A stretch of 64,000 nucleotides of DNA from Acidimicrobiales bacterium. Lineage in GTDB: Bacteria > Actinomycetota > Acidimicrobiia > Acidimicrobiales > Acidimicrobilacustridaceae. Below the pieces are notes generated by a model. That model searched no databases and was not told the DNA's origin. It saw nothing but the letters and a program-made list of their open reading frames with translations. The position numbers were made by a program, and so were the translations under genes. The DNA is taken from assembly GCA_041688815.1 (NCBI GenBank), contig JBDNHK010000023.1, positions 5,069 through 69,068 on the forward strand, read 5' to 3'. This document shows positions 17,759-28,360 of this stretch, one piece after another (within the stretch, counting starts at the first letter, position 1; every line of letters begins with the position of its first letter).

Positions 17759-19362
17759 AGGTGCTTCGGCTTCCGGGTGCGCAGGTACAGGAACGCTCCG
17801 GCCACGACGAACAGGACCCAGGTGGTGTTGTTGGCGACGCCAGCGGAGTTGAGGGTGTCGGGATCCGACCCGGCTCCCAGGATGGGCAGGAGGGCGACGA
17901 TCACGATGGCCGGGGGGATGATGACCCGGGCCAGCATGACCCAGCCCATCACGTCGGGCCCGAGGTTCGAGAGGGCGGCGCTGTCAGGCGCGCCCTGCGC
18001 AGTGGAGATGACGGCGGCGATGGCGGCGGCGAGGGCCACGGGCACGATGAGGACACCGGTGAGCCGGAGCACGACCTCGGGCGGGGTGAGCGTCATGGCG
18101 GCCCCGGCGGCGACCAGACACAGGAACAGCATGATCACGAACGCGGCGGGCAAGTGGTTGAGTAGGAAACGACCAGGATCGTCCGGATAGCTCTCCCAAC
18201 GGGTGGGGTGATCGACCTCCTGGGCCACCGGCTCGGCGGCGTCGTAGGCGGCCACGAACAGCGCCAGACCGGCCAGAATGATGGCGGCCGGGGTGCCCCG
18301 CCAGGCGACGCCGAGGGCGATCCCGGCGAGGGCGGCCACCAGGATCATCCGCACGAGTCGGACCAGCGGGAACCGGAAGTAGCTCTGCCAGTCGCGCTTC
18401 CAGACAGCCGGCACTCGGCTCTTGGTGCGGGCTCGCCGGATGCGGATCCACGGCTTCATCCGCGGCTTCTCCTGGGAGAGCTGGCGACGCAGCAACACCA
18501 CCGTGCGCACGTCCTGCAGCGTGACGGCGAAGCGGAGCTGGGCCACCAGGCCGGCCCGGCGCAGCGCCGCCTCGGTGGAGAGCTGACCGATGCGGGCGAC
18601 CCCGTAGACGGGGACGGCCACGGCCACGGCCAGCCCGATGAGGGCGAGGGGGGTGATGACGATCGGCCAGAACGCCCCCGAGGCCAGCCAGGACAACGGT
18701 GAGGTGCGAAACCCCAGCACGATGTCGAGCACCGACCAGCCGATCATCGCGACGGCGAGGGCGTTCGCCGGCCACCAACCGACCCGGCGGCTGGAAATGA
18801 CCATGGCCGACCCCGAGGCCAGTACCGCGGCCAGGGCGAAGACCACGGCCCCGGCGGCCACGGCGGCGATGGCGTTCGCCGGGAGGCGCTGCGACGCCAG
18901 TTCGCCGGTGATGGCGCCGACCACGGCCCCGGCGAAAGCCAGGAAGCGCAGCTGCTTGATGGCTGGTCCCCGCAGAACGGCGGCTCGGTCGACCGGAGCA
19001 TTGAGCTCGTGCACGACCACCGGTGCTTCGAGCACCAGCGGTCCGCCGCGGGCGCCGGAGCGCAGACCGATGGCGACGGCGACGGCGATGCCGAGCCCCA
19101 GCCAGGCCGGCGCGACGCCGGCGAAGGTCAGTGCTTCGCCTTCGGACATGGCCTCGCCGGGGAGCTGGTCGGCGCCGAGAGCGATGGCGATCACGCCGAG
19201 GAACCCGACGATGTAGACCCGATAGAGGGCATCGATCCAGTGGACGTGAGCCAGCCGGTTCGACCGGCGCGTCTTGCGGAGGTCGACGAGGGCGACTTCA
19301 GGGGCTTCGACGGCGATCACGTCGAGAGATGGTACCGGGGCGCCGTGGCCGCCAGATCGCAC
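17755..19362 (-). CDS. Multi-pass membrane protein, probable permease partner
   Basis: About 12 hydrophobic segments; 4-nt overlap with the downstream ABC ATPase; start uncertain. Confidence 0.75.
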   Translation of the reverse strand: MRSGGHGAPVPSLDVIAVEAPEVALVDLRKTRRSNRLAHVHWIDALYRVYIVGFLGVIAIALGADQLPGEAMSEGEALTFAGVAPAWLGLGIAVAVAIGLRSGARGGPLVLEAPVVVHELNAPVDRAAVLRGPAIKQLRFLAFAGAVVGAITGELASQRLPANAIAAVAAGAVVFALAAVLASGSAMVISSRRVGWWPANALAVAMIGWSVLDIVLGFRTSPLSWLASGAFWPIVITPLALIGLAVAVAVPVYGVARIGQLSTEAALRRAGLVAQLRFAVTLQDVRTVVLLRRQLSQEKPRMKPWIRIRRARTKSRVPAVWKRDWQSYFRFPLVRLVRMILVAALAGIALGVAWRGTPAAIILAGLALFVAAYDAAEPVAQEVDHPTRWESYPDDPGRFLLNHLPAAFVIMLFLCLVAAGAAMTLTPPEVVLRLTGVLIVPVALAAAIAAVISTAQGAPDSAALSNLGPDVMGWVMLARVIIPPAIVIVALLPILGAGSDPDTLNSAGVANNTTWVLFVVAGAFLYLRTRKPKHL

Positions 19363-19392
19363 CGGCCGCGGCCGCCGCTCGACCGCCGTCCG

Positions 19393-21195
19393 TCAACCCC
19401 TCGACCGTTCCGTCTCGTCGGCCAGGGCCAGCCACGTCTCCTCGGCTGCCCGGAGATCAGCCGAGGTCCGGATGAGGTCCTCGCCGAGGGCTCGCAACTC
19501 GGAGTGGTCGGTGGTCGAGGCCTTCTGGGCCAGGTCGGACTCGATCTGCTGGCGTCGCCGCTCGAGGCGGGCGACGTCCTTGTCGGCCTCTTTGAGGAGT
19601 CGCCGCAGCGTGTTCGGGCTGCGGGGGCCAGGGGTGGCCGCGCCCTTGGGCGTCGTTGCGGGTCGCAGTGCGGCCGATGGGCGGCGTTTCGAGGTCGTCG
19701 CCATGGCGGACACCGTGGCCCGCCCGCGCACGCGCCGGGCCCGGCGCTCGTCCTCCCATGCGGCGTAGCCACCCGGTCGCCGCCCGGGGGCGGTCACACC
19801 GTCCATCACCAGCACGTCGGTCACCGTTCGTTCGAGGAAGGCCCGGTCGTGGGAGACGACGATCAGGGCACCGGGCCAGTCGTCGAGGAACTCCTCGAGG
19901 ACGCGCAACGTGTCGAGATCGAGGTCGTTGGTGGGTTCGTCGAGCAGCAACACGTTGGGTTGGGCGGCGAGCACCAGGAGCAACTGGAGGCGCCGTCGTT
20001 CACCACCCGAGAGCAGGCCGACGGGCGCCCACTGGGCGTCGGTGTCGAACCAGAAGGACTCGAGCAGGGCGGCATCGCGCCAGTCGGGAACGCGGTGTCC
20101 GCCCCCGAGGGCGTCGCGTACCCTCTGGGCCGGGTCGAGGGTCACCCCGATCTGGTCGTAGTACCCGAGCCGGACCGTTGGTCCAGCAACGATTTGCCCG
20201 CTCGATGGCGTGCGTCGCCCCGCGATCAGGTCGAGCATCGTGGACTTCCCGACCCCGTTCGGTCCGACGATCCCCAGCCGCTCGCGGTTGTCGATCATCA
20301 GCTCGACGTGGTCGAACAGGGGCGGGTGTCCGTCATGGGCGAAGCCCACGCGGTGGAGCTCGATGACCTTGTCGCCGAGGCGGGGGGTGCCGAGATGCAG
20401 GTCGGGGATGCCGCCACGGGCGGCAGCCTCGGCCCGACCCTCCACGACGGCGGTGGCGGCCTCGATCCGGGCCTTGGGCTTGCGGGTCCGGGCCGGTGCG
20501 CCCCTACGCAGCCAGGCCAGTTCCTTGCGGGCCAGCACCCGCCGGCTCGACTCATCCGATGTTGCCTTTTCCTCGCGCTCGGCTCGCCCCTCGAGGTAGG
20601 CGCCGTAGCCGCCGTCGTGCAGGTAGCCCTGCCCGCGATCCAGTTCGAGGACCTGGGTGGTGACCCGGTCGAGGACATGGCGGTCGTGGGTGACCAGCAC
20701 CAGGCCACCCCGATAGCCGGCCAACCGTTCCTCCAGCCAGGCCACGGCGTCGATGTCGAGGTGGTTGGTGGGCTCGTCGAGGACCAGTAGGTCGCTGTCG
20801 GCCACGAGGGTGCGAGCGAGCGCCACCCGCTTGGCCTGCCCGCCCGACAAGGAACCAGTGTCGGTGTCGGCGAGGCCCGACATCCCGAGGTGATCGAGCA
20901 CGGCCGCCGCTTCCCAGGCATGCTCGGCTCCACCCTCCACCGCGGCGAGCACCGAGCCGCTCGGGAGCACCGGCCGCTGGGTGAGCGAGGCCACGCGGAC
21001 GCCGCGCCCGGTCCGGACCGCACCGGACTCGGGGGTCGTCTCCCCGGTGAGGACCGACAGCAGAGTGGACTTGCCGCAGCCGTTCAGGCCCACCACCCCC
21101 AGGCGATCACCGGTCGACAGGGTGAGGGAGAGTTCGCCGAACAGGGGTCGACCGGGTCGGGTCATGGTCACGCGGTCGAGGTCCACCAGTATCAC
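19393..21195 (-). CDS. ABC-F family ATPase (Uup-like)
   Basis: Two NBDs (GLNGCGKS/LSGGQ/LDEPTNHLD; GPNGVGKS/LSGGE/LDEPTNDLD), no TM segments, C-terminal coiled coil. Confidence 0.93.
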   Translation of the reverse strand: MILVDLDRVTMTRPGRPLFGELSLTLSTGDRLGVVGLNGCGKSTLLSVLTGETTPESGAVRTGRGVRVASLTQRPVLPSGSVLAAVEGGAEHAWEAAAVLDHLGMSGLADTDTGSLSGGQAKRVALARTLVADSDLLVLDEPTNHLDIDAVAWLEERLAGYRGGLVLVTHDRHVLDRVTTQVLELDRGQGYLHDGGYGAYLEGRAEREEKATSDESSRRVLARKELAWLRRGAPARTRKPKARIEAATAVVEGRAEAAARGGIPDLHLGTPRLGDKVIELHRVGFAHDGHPPLFDHVELMIDNRERLGIVGPNGVGKSTMLDLIAGRRTPSSGQIVAGPTVRLGYYDQIGVTLDPAQRVRDALGGGHRVPDWRDAALLESFWFDTDAQWAPVGLLSGGERRRLQLLLVLAAQPNVLLLDEPTNDLDLDTLRVLEEFLDDWPGALIVVSHDRAFLERTVTDVLVMDGVTAPGRRPGGYAAWEDERRARRVRGRATVSAMATTSKRRPSAALRPATTPKGAATPGPRSPNTLRRLLKEADKDVARLERRRQQIESDLAQKASTTDHSELRALGEDLIRTSADLRAAEETWLALADETERSRG

Positions 21196-21329
21196 GAGCA
21201 GAGGCTAACGACCGTCGGGTCGAGGTCGGGCGAGGAGGGCGCGGGCCCGCAACGGTCCGCACGGGCTACGTTGACATCGTCGGCCGCTGGGGGAGCAGCC
21301 GATCGAAACTGAATCGACTCCGTGGAACC

Positions 21330-22607
21330 GTGAACGACCCTCTCACCGGTGGCGCCGCCACGCCCGTGTTGTCGCCGGCACCGGCGGGCTCGGCCGCGCT
21401 CGACGGTTCGGACGCCGACGGGGATCCAGCGCAACACCAACGGGCCAGGCCCGGGCGATGGTGGGTGACGCTGTTGTGGTTCATCGCCGTCGCCGCGGTG
21501 GTGTGGGTGGTGGTGTGGCTGTCGGCGGCCTACCTGCCCCGCACCGACCTCTACCCACGCGGGTCCGGCGGGCCCGGCGGGGCCTGGTTCGAGGGATGGG
21601 CGCGATGGGACGCGTACTGGTATCGCGCCATCGTCGAGGACGGCTACAGCTATTACCCGGGGGTGCAGTCGGCGGTGGCCTACTTCCCCACGTATCCGGC
21701 GGTGTTGTGGGCGGTCAGCGGGTTGTTCCCCAGCGTGTTCGTGGCCGGCAGCGTGGTCACGTTGGTGAGCGGGGCGGTCGCGGTGGTCACCTTCCGTCGG
21801 TGGGCCGGTCTCTTCCTCGCCCGGCCGGGAGCCACGACGGCAGCAGCCCTGCTGGTGTTGTACCCGTTCAGTTGGTACCTGTTCGGGGCCATCTACGCCG
21901 ATGCCCTCTTCCTGGCCGTGGCCATCGGTGCTTTTCTCGCCCTCGAACGTGACCGGCTGTGGCTGGTCGCCCTACTCGGCACGGTGGCCACCGTGAGCCG
22001 GCCCACCGGTATCGCCGTGGCCCTCGGGCTGGTGCTGCGCCTGCTCGAGATCCGCAATGCCGATGCCCGCTCGTGGCGGTCGCGCCTCGATCCCAGGTCG
22101 TTGCGACGGCGCGACTACCTGGTGTTCACGAGCTTCGCCGGGATCGTGGGGTGGGTGATCTACCTGGGTGTGCAGTTCGGTGATCCCTTCGCGTTCTCGA
22201 GCGTGCAGGCGGCGCGTGGGTGGGACCAGCCGGCGAGCCCCTCGACCTGGCTCAAGTTCAGCTTCTTCCGCAACCTCTCGGCCACGCACCTCAACGACAG
22301 CTACTCGATCTCGCTCCTGCTCCAGGCGGCTCTGGCGGTCGTGGCTCTGGCCCTCATCGTGGTCGTGTGGCGGCGTCTCGGCTGGGGCTATGCGGGGTAC
22401 TGCATGGTCGTGGTGGCCATGCCGCTGGTGGGAAGCAAGGACTTCATGGGCATCGGTCGCTACCTGCTGCCGGCCTTCCCGGTGTTCGCGATAGCCGGGG
22501 CGCTGCTGGTCGGGCGACCGAAGATTAGGATGGCGGTTCTCGGCGCATCGGGGGTGACCCTGCTGGTCATGGCCTCATTCTTCGCCCGCGGGTACTACCT
22601 GGCCTGA
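21330..22607 (+). CDS. GT-C fold mannosyltransferase (PIG-V-like)
   Basis: RWDAYWY..I...GY, AYFPTYP, YADALF, SRPTG, GRY; multi-TM. Confidence 0.82.
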   Translation: MNDPLTGGAATPVLSPAPAGSAALDGSDADGDPAQHQRARPGRWWVTLLWFIAVAAVVWVVVWLSAAYLPRTDLYPRGSGGPGGAWFEGWARWDAYWYRAIVEDGYSYYPGVQSAVAYFPTYPAVLWAVSGLFPSVFVAGSVVTLVSGAVAVVTFRRWAGLFLARPGATTAAALLVLYPFSWYLFGAIYADALFLAVAIGAFLALERDRLWLVALLGTVATVSRPTGIAVALGLVLRLLEIRNADARSWRSRLDPRSLRRRDYLVFTSFAGIVGWVIYLGVQFGDPFAFSSVQAARGWDQPASPSTWLKFSFFRNLSATHLNDSYSISLLLQAALAVVALALIVVVWRRLGWGYAGYCMVVVAMPLVGSKDFMGIGRYLLPAFPVFAIAGALLVGRPKIRMAVLGASGVTLLVMASFFARGYYLA

Positions 22608-22676
22608 GCGCGGGGACGAGGCGGTAGCATCTTTTGCACGATCACCACCGTGTTTTCCTGGGAAGGCCATCTGTCA

Positions 22677-23338
22677 TGACGATCGACGCCGACACCACGC
22701 CCGACGCCGACACCAAGCCCGACGCCGACGCTGACCCCACCCCCGTGCTGGCGGTCTCGCCCGAGGCGTTGGCCCGGGTACTCGAGATCCGCGACGGCGA
22801 GGACGATCCGGGCAGTCTGTGCCTGCGGGTCACCATCAACGGCGTGTCCGGGCCCGACTACGCCTACGACCTCGCCTTCGAGGCCGCGGCCGATGCCGAC
22901 GAGGACGACGACGTCTGCGGGCAGAGCGGGCTCACGGTGGTGGTGGCGGCCGACAGCATCGACCGCATGCGGGGCTCCACCCTCGACGTCCCTCGTAACC
23001 AGGGCCAGGCCGGACTCGTGATCCGCAACCCCAACCGTCCCAACCCGCTGGCGGGCAAGGACATCGTGCTCACCGGTGACGTGCCCGACCAGGTACGCCA
23101 GCTCCTCGAAGAGTCGATCAACCCGAGCCTGGCCGCCCATGGTGGGTACGCCGAGCTGGTCGGGATCGAGGGCAGTGCCGCCTATCTCACGATGGGTGGG
23201 GGTTGCCAGGGCTGCGCCATGAGTGCGGCCACCCTGCGCGAGGGCATCCAGGTGGCGATCCTCGAGGCGATCCCCGAGATCACCGAGGTCGTCGACGTCA
23301 CCGATCACCAGGCCGGCGACAACCCGTTCTACACCTGA
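22677..23338 (+). CDS. nfuA: NfuA-like Fe-S carrier (degenerate A-type domain + NifU domain)
   Basis: LRV..G..DYAY, INPSLAAHGG, GGCQGC, VVDVTDH..GDNPFY. Confidence 0.85.
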
Positions 23339-23716
23339 CGTCGCCGTCACGTCGGCGTCACCTTGCTGTCGGGCCCCGGGAGCTCAACGCCATCAGTATT
23401 CGGGAAGAGCCCGTACGGTGCTCACCGTGCCGGGTCCGGTCTCGACCAGTGACTCCTCGGGGGTCGTGAGCCACCACCACAGCCACACGAGGCGCAGGAA
23501 CTGCGGGGCCTGTTGCGGAACCGGGTGCTGTGCCAACGGAGATGGAGTCCCATCGTGCGCCGAGCCCGGTGCCAGAAGGCCCGGCCTCCACCCCGAGGGA
23601 CGTCCCCCCGGAACGGCTGGAATCTGTCCCGGCCGCAACAAACTTGCTATGCAATGTGAACTATCTGGTACCTTCCGGTTCGTCGAGATCTCACGTCGTC
23701 CACGAGGAGACCCAAC

Positions 23717-24733
23717 ATGGCAGATGTCGTCCGCGAGTCGGTCTTCCGACTCCAGTTCCCGTTCCAGCGCACGTTGGGCCCCACCATCGGGGCCTTCGCG
23801 TCGGCGCTGGCCGAGCAGACCCTGATCGGGGTGAAGGTCGGCGATCGGGTCATCACCCCTCCGCTCGAGTACGACCCCGAGAACGGCGCCGATGCCGGCA
23901 CCGACTTCGTGAGGGTCGGACCGAAGGGCACCGTCACCACCTGGACGTGGGTACCCGAACCCACCCACCTGCACCCGCTCGCCCACCCCTTCGCCTTTGC
24001 CTTCGTCCTGCTCGACGGGGCCGACACCCCGATGTTCCACGCCGTGAACGTCGGATCGGTGGATGACATGCGTATCGGCATGCGGGTCGAACCCCGTTGG
24101 CGGGCCGAGCGCGAAGGACGCATCGACGACCTCGAGGCCTTTGTGCCCGCGACCGACGACGGCCCGAGCGACGGAGCCGGTGAGCCCTGGGTCGCACCCG
24201 CCGAGCTTTCCGTCGATCACATGGAGATGGACTGCGACCTCACCTATGTCGACAACTCTGCTCCGGCCACGCTCATCTGGATGCAGGCGCTGCTCGACGG
24301 AAAGCTCCTCGGGCAGACCTGCCCGGCCTGCGGGCGCACCTACGTCGGCCCCCGGGGCCTGTGCTGCGTCGACGCCATCGAGCTCGACGAGACGCACCTG
24401 GTCGAAGTGCCCGATCGCGGGGTCGTCACCAACTTCACCATCATCACGCCGACGCCTTATCCCGGCCAGACCGAGACCGAGCCCTTCGTGCGGTGCTCGA
24501 TCCTGCTCGAGGGCACCGACGCCGTGCTCAACCAGCAGACGGTGCTCGAGATCCCGGCCTCGGAGGTGCGGGTCGGTCTTCACGTCGAGTGCGTCTGGGC
24601 TCCGCCCGAGGAGCGCAACGTCGACGACGTCGGCAATCGCGGCTGGGGGGTCGGCGGCGACTGCATGCGGGGCTGGCGGCCCACCGGCCAGCCCGACGAA
24701 CCGGCCGAGAACTATGTGGAAAGGATGATGTGA
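23717..24733 (+). CDS. Tandem DUF35 (Zn-ribbon/OB-fold) protein, Rv3521-like
   Basis: PPLEYDP, GTVTTWTW, LDGADT; second repeat CPACGRTYVGPRGLC. Confidence 0.88.
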   Translation: MADVVRESVFRLQFPFQRTLGPTIGAFASALAEQTLIGVKVGDRVITPPLEYDPENGADAGTDFVRVGPKGTVTTWTWVPEPTHLHPLAHPFAFAFVLLDGADTPMFHAVNVGSVDDMRIGMRVEPRWRAEREGRIDDLEAFVPATDDGPSDGAGEPWVAPAELSVDHMEMDCDLTYVDNSAPATLIWMQALLDGKLLGQTCPACGRTYVGPRGLCCVDAIELDETHLVEVPDRGVVTNFTIITPTPYPGQTETEPFVRCSILLEGTDAVLNQQTVLEIPASEVRVGLHVECVWAPPEERNVDDVGNRGWGVGGDCMRGWRPTGQPDEPAENYVERMM

Positions 24734-25800
24734 TGCCCCGTTCCGAGAGCGACATCGCCATCGTCGGCTACGCCATCTCACCGATGCTGCGGCGTACCGA
24801 TCAGACCGAGACCATGATGATGCTGCCGGTCGTGGCCGGAGCCATCAAGAGCGCCGGGCTCACCAAGGACGACATCGGGTTCACCGTGTCGGGCTCGTGT
24901 GACTACCTGTCGGGTCAGGCCTTCTCCTTCGTGTCCAACGTCGACGCGTACGGGGCCTGGCCACCGATCAACGAATCGCACGTGGAGATGGACGGGTCGT
25001 TCGCGCTGTACGAGGCGTTCGTGCGTCTCCTGCAGGGCGACATCGACACGGCCGTCGCCGCCGGGGTGGGCAAGAACTCCAACTCCGATCCGAGCACGCT
25101 CTACACGATCGAGATGGACCCGTACTACCTCACCCCGCTGGGAGCCGACCCCTGGTCGCTGCACGCGTTGCAGTACCGGGCGCTGCTCGACTCCGGTAAG
25201 GCCACCGAGCGCGACGTGGCCGAGCTGGTCGCCCGCAACCGGGCGTCGGCCAAGGAGAACATCCACGCCCAGGTGTCGGGTGACTACGACGTCGACGAGC
25301 TCCTCGCCGCCGACTACATCCGCACGCCGTTGCGTCGCCACGACCTGCCACCGATCACCGACGGCTGCGCCGCGGTGGTGCTGGCCCGGGGTCAGAAGGC
25401 CTACGAGCTGTGTGAGCGCCCCGCGTGGATCACCGGTATCGACCATCGCATCGAGCCGCACCTGCCCACACTCCGCGACCTCACGACCTCGGTGTCCACC
25501 ACGCGAGCCGCCAAGGGGGCCGGCCTGGCTGCGGGACCGGTGGAGGTGGCTGAGCTGCACGCGCCGTTCAGCTACCAGGAGCTCATTCTCGCCGAGTCCC
25601 TGGGGCTCGGCGCCGACACCCAGATCAATCCCTCGGGTGGCGCGTTGGCCGCCAACCCGGTCATGGCCACCGGCCTCATCCGCATGATCGAGGCCGCCAA
25701 GCAGATCATTGAGAACGGCAAGCGCCGCACGTTGGCTCACACCACGTCCGGCCCCTGCCTTCAGCAGAACCTCGTTGCGATCCTGGAGGGTGACGAATGA
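24733..25800 (+). CDS. ltp4: Thiolase-fold aldolase subunit, Ltp4-like
   Basis: SGSCDYLSGQAFSF, PPINESHVEMDG, PITDG, ELH, NPSGGAL; resembles M. tuberculosis Rv3522 from memory. Confidence 0.82.
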   Translation: MPRSESDIAIVGYAISPMLRRTDQTETMMMLPVVAGAIKSAGLTKDDIGFTVSGSCDYLSGQAFSFVSNVDAYGAWPPINESHVEMDGSFALYEAFVRLLQGDIDTAVAAGVGKNSNSDPSTLYTIEMDPYYLTPLGADPWSLHALQYRALLDSGKATERDVAELVARNRASAKENIHAQVSGDYDVDELLAADYIRTPLRRHDLPPITDGCAAVVLARGQKAYELCERPAWITGIDHRIEPHLPTLRDLTTSVSTTRAAKGAGLAAGPVEVAELHAPFSYQELILAESLGLGADTQINPSGGALAANPVMATGLIRMIEAAKQIIENGKRRTLAHTTSGPCLQQNLVAILEGDE

Positions 25801-26954
25801 GCCACCAGCCCGTAGCCGTCGTCGGCATCGGTCAGACCCATCACAAGAAGCGGCGGGGCGATGTCTCCATCGCCGGTCTCGTGCGCGAGGCCGCGAGCCG
25901 CGCCCTCGAGGACGCCAACATGGACTGGGGCGACATCGACGCCGTGGTCCTCGGCAAGGCCCCTGATCTCTTCGAGGGGGTCATGAAACCCGAGATGTTC
26001 CTCGCCGACGCCCTCGGCGCGAACGGCAAGCCCATGTTCCGGGTGCACACCGCCGGCTCCGTCGGTGGTTCCACCGGCATCGTGGGTTCGCATCTCGTCG
26101 GCGCCGGGCGGCACAAGCGGGTGCTGTCGGTGGCCTTCGAGAAGCAGTCGGAGGGCAACGCCCAGTTCGCCCTCGGTGGCGGCAAGGGCGGGTCGATCGG
26201 TGCCGGTGGGGCTTTCGCTCCGTTCATCCGGGCCTACATCCGTCGCTCCGGCGCCCCTGAGGACGTGGGGTGGAAGGTGGCGGTGAAGGACCGTCAGAAC
26301 GGGGCCAAGAACCCCTACGCCCACCTGAAGCTGGCCGACATCACCATCGACAAGGTCAGGGAGTCGCCGATGATGTGGGACCCCCTGCACTTCCTCGAGT
26401 CTTGCCCGTCCTCCGATGGTGCCTGCGCGGTGGTGTTCACCGACGAGGACGGCGGCAAGGCGGCGTCGAAGCCGCCGGCATGGGTGCTGGCCACGGCCAT
26501 GAAGTCCGAGCCGTCGACCTTCGCCGGACGCGACCCGGTGAGCCCTCTGGGGGCCCACATGTGCTCGGCGGAGATCTACAAGCAGGTGGGGATCACCAAC
26601 CCGCGTGAGCAGATCGACTGCGCCGAACTCTACGTGCCCTTCTCGTGGTACGAGCCGATGTGGCTCGAGGCCCACGACATCGCCGCTCCTGGCGATGGTT
26701 GGAGGATGACCGCCGACGGCGACACCGAGCTCACGGGCTCGTTCCCGGTCAACATGTCCGGAGGAGTGCTGTCGTCGAACCCGATCGGCGCCTCGGGCCT
26801 GTTGCGCTTCGCCGAAGCGGCCCTGCAGGTGCGGGGCCAGGCCGGGGATCACCAGGTCCCCGACGCCAAGCTGGCCCTGGCCCAGGCCTACGGGGCCAAC
26901 GCCCAGTTCTTCGCCATGTGGGCCGTCGGTAGCTCGCTCGATCCGCTGGGGTAG
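25797..26954 (+). CDS. ltp3: Thiolase-fold aldolase subunit, Ltp3-like
   Basis: GKAPDLFEGVM, RVHTAGSVGGST (no nucleophile Cys), CPSSDGA, YVPFSWYEPMWLE, SNPIGASG; resembles Rv3523. Confidence 0.88.
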   Translation: MSHQPVAVVGIGQTHHKKRRGDVSIAGLVREAASRALEDANMDWGDIDAVVLGKAPDLFEGVMKPEMFLADALGANGKPMFRVHTAGSVGGSTGIVGSHLVGAGRHKRVLSVAFEKQSEGNAQFALGGGKGGSIGAGGAFAPFIRAYIRRSGAPEDVGWKVAVKDRQNGAKNPYAHLKLADITIDKVRESPMMWDPLHFLESCPSSDGACAVVFTDEDGGKAASKPPAWVLATAMKSEPSTFAGRDPVSPLGAHMCSAEIYKQVGITNPREQIDCAELYVPFSWYEPMWLEAHDIAAPGDGWRMTADGDTELTGSFPVNMSGGVLSSNPIGASGLLRFAEAALQVRGQAGDHQVPDAKLALAQAYGANAQFFAMWAVGSSLDPLG

Positions 26955-27032
26955 GTTGCCGGAAACTCGAATCAGACGAGGGCCGGCCGCGTGGAGCGAG
27001 CCGGCCCTCGCCCCCTCTTCGGAAAGGCTCGT

Positions 27033-27869
27033 GTGGGCAAGGCACTGGTGCTCGGCGGCGGGGGAGTGGCGGGGGTGGCCTGGGAGACCGGGCTGCTGCT
27101 CGGCCTGGCCGACGCCGGGGTCGACCTGACCGACGCCGATCTGGTGGTCGGCACGTCGGCGGGGTCGGTGGTGGCGACCCAGATCACGACGGGCATTCCC
27201 CTCGCCGAGCTGTACGAACGCCAGCTCCGGCCCCTCGACCAGACCACCGAGATGGCCGTGGAGTTCGACACGGACGCATTCGTCGCCACGTTGTTCGAGT
27301 TGTTGGCCGACGAGCCTGACCCCGTCGAGCTCCGTCGACGGATCGGCGCGTTGGCCCTGGCCGCCACCACGCCCAACGAGGCCGAGCGCCGGGCCGTCAT
27401 CGCCGGGCGATTGCCGGTGCAGGACTGGCCCGACCGCCCCCTGGTCGTCACTGCGGTCGACGCCGCCACCGGCGAGTTCGTGGCGCTCGACCGCTCGTCG
27501 GGGGTCGATCTGGTATCGGCGGTGGGCGCCAGCTGTGCCGTCCCCGGGGTGTGGCCGCCGGTCACCGTCGGCGACCGCCGGTTGGTCGACGGGGGCGTCC
27601 GGTCCATGGTCAACGCCGACCTCGCCGCCGGCCACCAGCGGGTGGTGGTGGTGGCGCCCTTCTCGGTGGGCCTCGGAGGCAGCGTCGACGACGAGGTTGC
27701 CGCCCTGCGGGACGAGGGGGCGTCGGTGGCGGTGGTGACGGCCGACCGGACCAGCACGCTGGCCTTCGGTACCAACCCGCTCGACCCGGCGACGCGGGTG
27801 CCGTCGGCGGAGGCCGGCCGGGCCCAGGCCGCTTCGGTGGTCGAGATGGTGGCCGAGGTGTGGGCGTGA
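27033..27869 (+). CDS. Patatin-like phospholipase
   Basis: GGGGVAG, GTSAG, DGG; GGAAAGG RBS. Confidence 0.92.
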   Translation: MGKALVLGGGGVAGVAWETGLLLGLADAGVDLTDADLVVGTSAGSVVATQITTGIPLAELYERQLRPLDQTTEMAVEFDTDAFVATLFELLADEPDPVELRRRIGALALAATTPNEAERRAVIAGRLPVQDWPDRPLVVTAVDAATGEFVALDRSSGVDLVSAVGASCAVPGVWPPVTVGDRRLVDGGVRSMVNADLAAGHQRVVVVAPFSVGLGGSVDDEVAALRDEGASVAVVTADRTSTLAFGTNPLDPATRVPSAEAGRAQAASVVEMVAEVWA

Positions 27870-28360
27870 GCGCGACCGGGCCCCGGCCGCGTATTGACCC
27901 GGTCGGAGTTCGGCGCGAGTTGCGAGACGCCCTCGCCGCGCTGTCGCGCATCACGGGGAGCTCGCGCCTCGATCGACTCAACGCGGCCCGATCCGGTGTG
28001 TCCATCGGCTTCGTCGCCGTGGGCGTCCTCGGCCGGGTCATCGAGGATGGCCCGATCCGGATGAGCGAGCTCGCCGCGGCTGGGCGCATGCAACCGGGGG
28101 CCCTCACCCGCCAGGTGCAGGCGCTCGAGGCCGAGGGCTATGTGCGGCGTCGCCCCGATCCCGCCGACGGGCGGGCCAGCGTGATCGCCGCCACCCGGGC
28201 CGGCTGCGCCGCGTACCGGAGGGTCGACGCGGCCACCGACTCGCTGATGGCCGAGCAACTCGCCGGCTGGACGCCCGAGCGACTCCACGCCCTGGTCGAC
28301 CAGCTCGACCGCCTGGTCACGGACCTGCGCGCCGTTCCGCCCGGTCGACGCACCCGCTGA
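27866..28360 (+). CDS. MarR-family regulator
   Basis: GPIRMSELA..LTRQVQALE..GYVRR..DPADGRA; GTGA overlap with patatin. Confidence 0.85.
   Translation: MSATGPRPRIDPVGVRRELRDALAALSRITGSSRLDRLNAARSGVSIGFVAVGVLGRVIEDGPIRMSELAAAGRMQPGALTRQVQALEAEGYVRRRPDPADGRASVIAATRAGCAAYRRVDAATDSLMAEQLAGWTPERLHALVDQLDRLVTDLRAVPPGRRTR

Noticed and set aside
23358-23654. Small minus-strand ORFs between nfuA and the DUF35 gene (including a Trp-rich LVWLWWWL frame)
   Set aside because: No convincing start or RBS and no recognisable motif.
23637-23660. KstR or KstR2 operator
   Set aside because: Spacing does not fit TnnAACnnGTTnnA or AnCAAGnnCTTGnT; kept only as an unassigned dyad.
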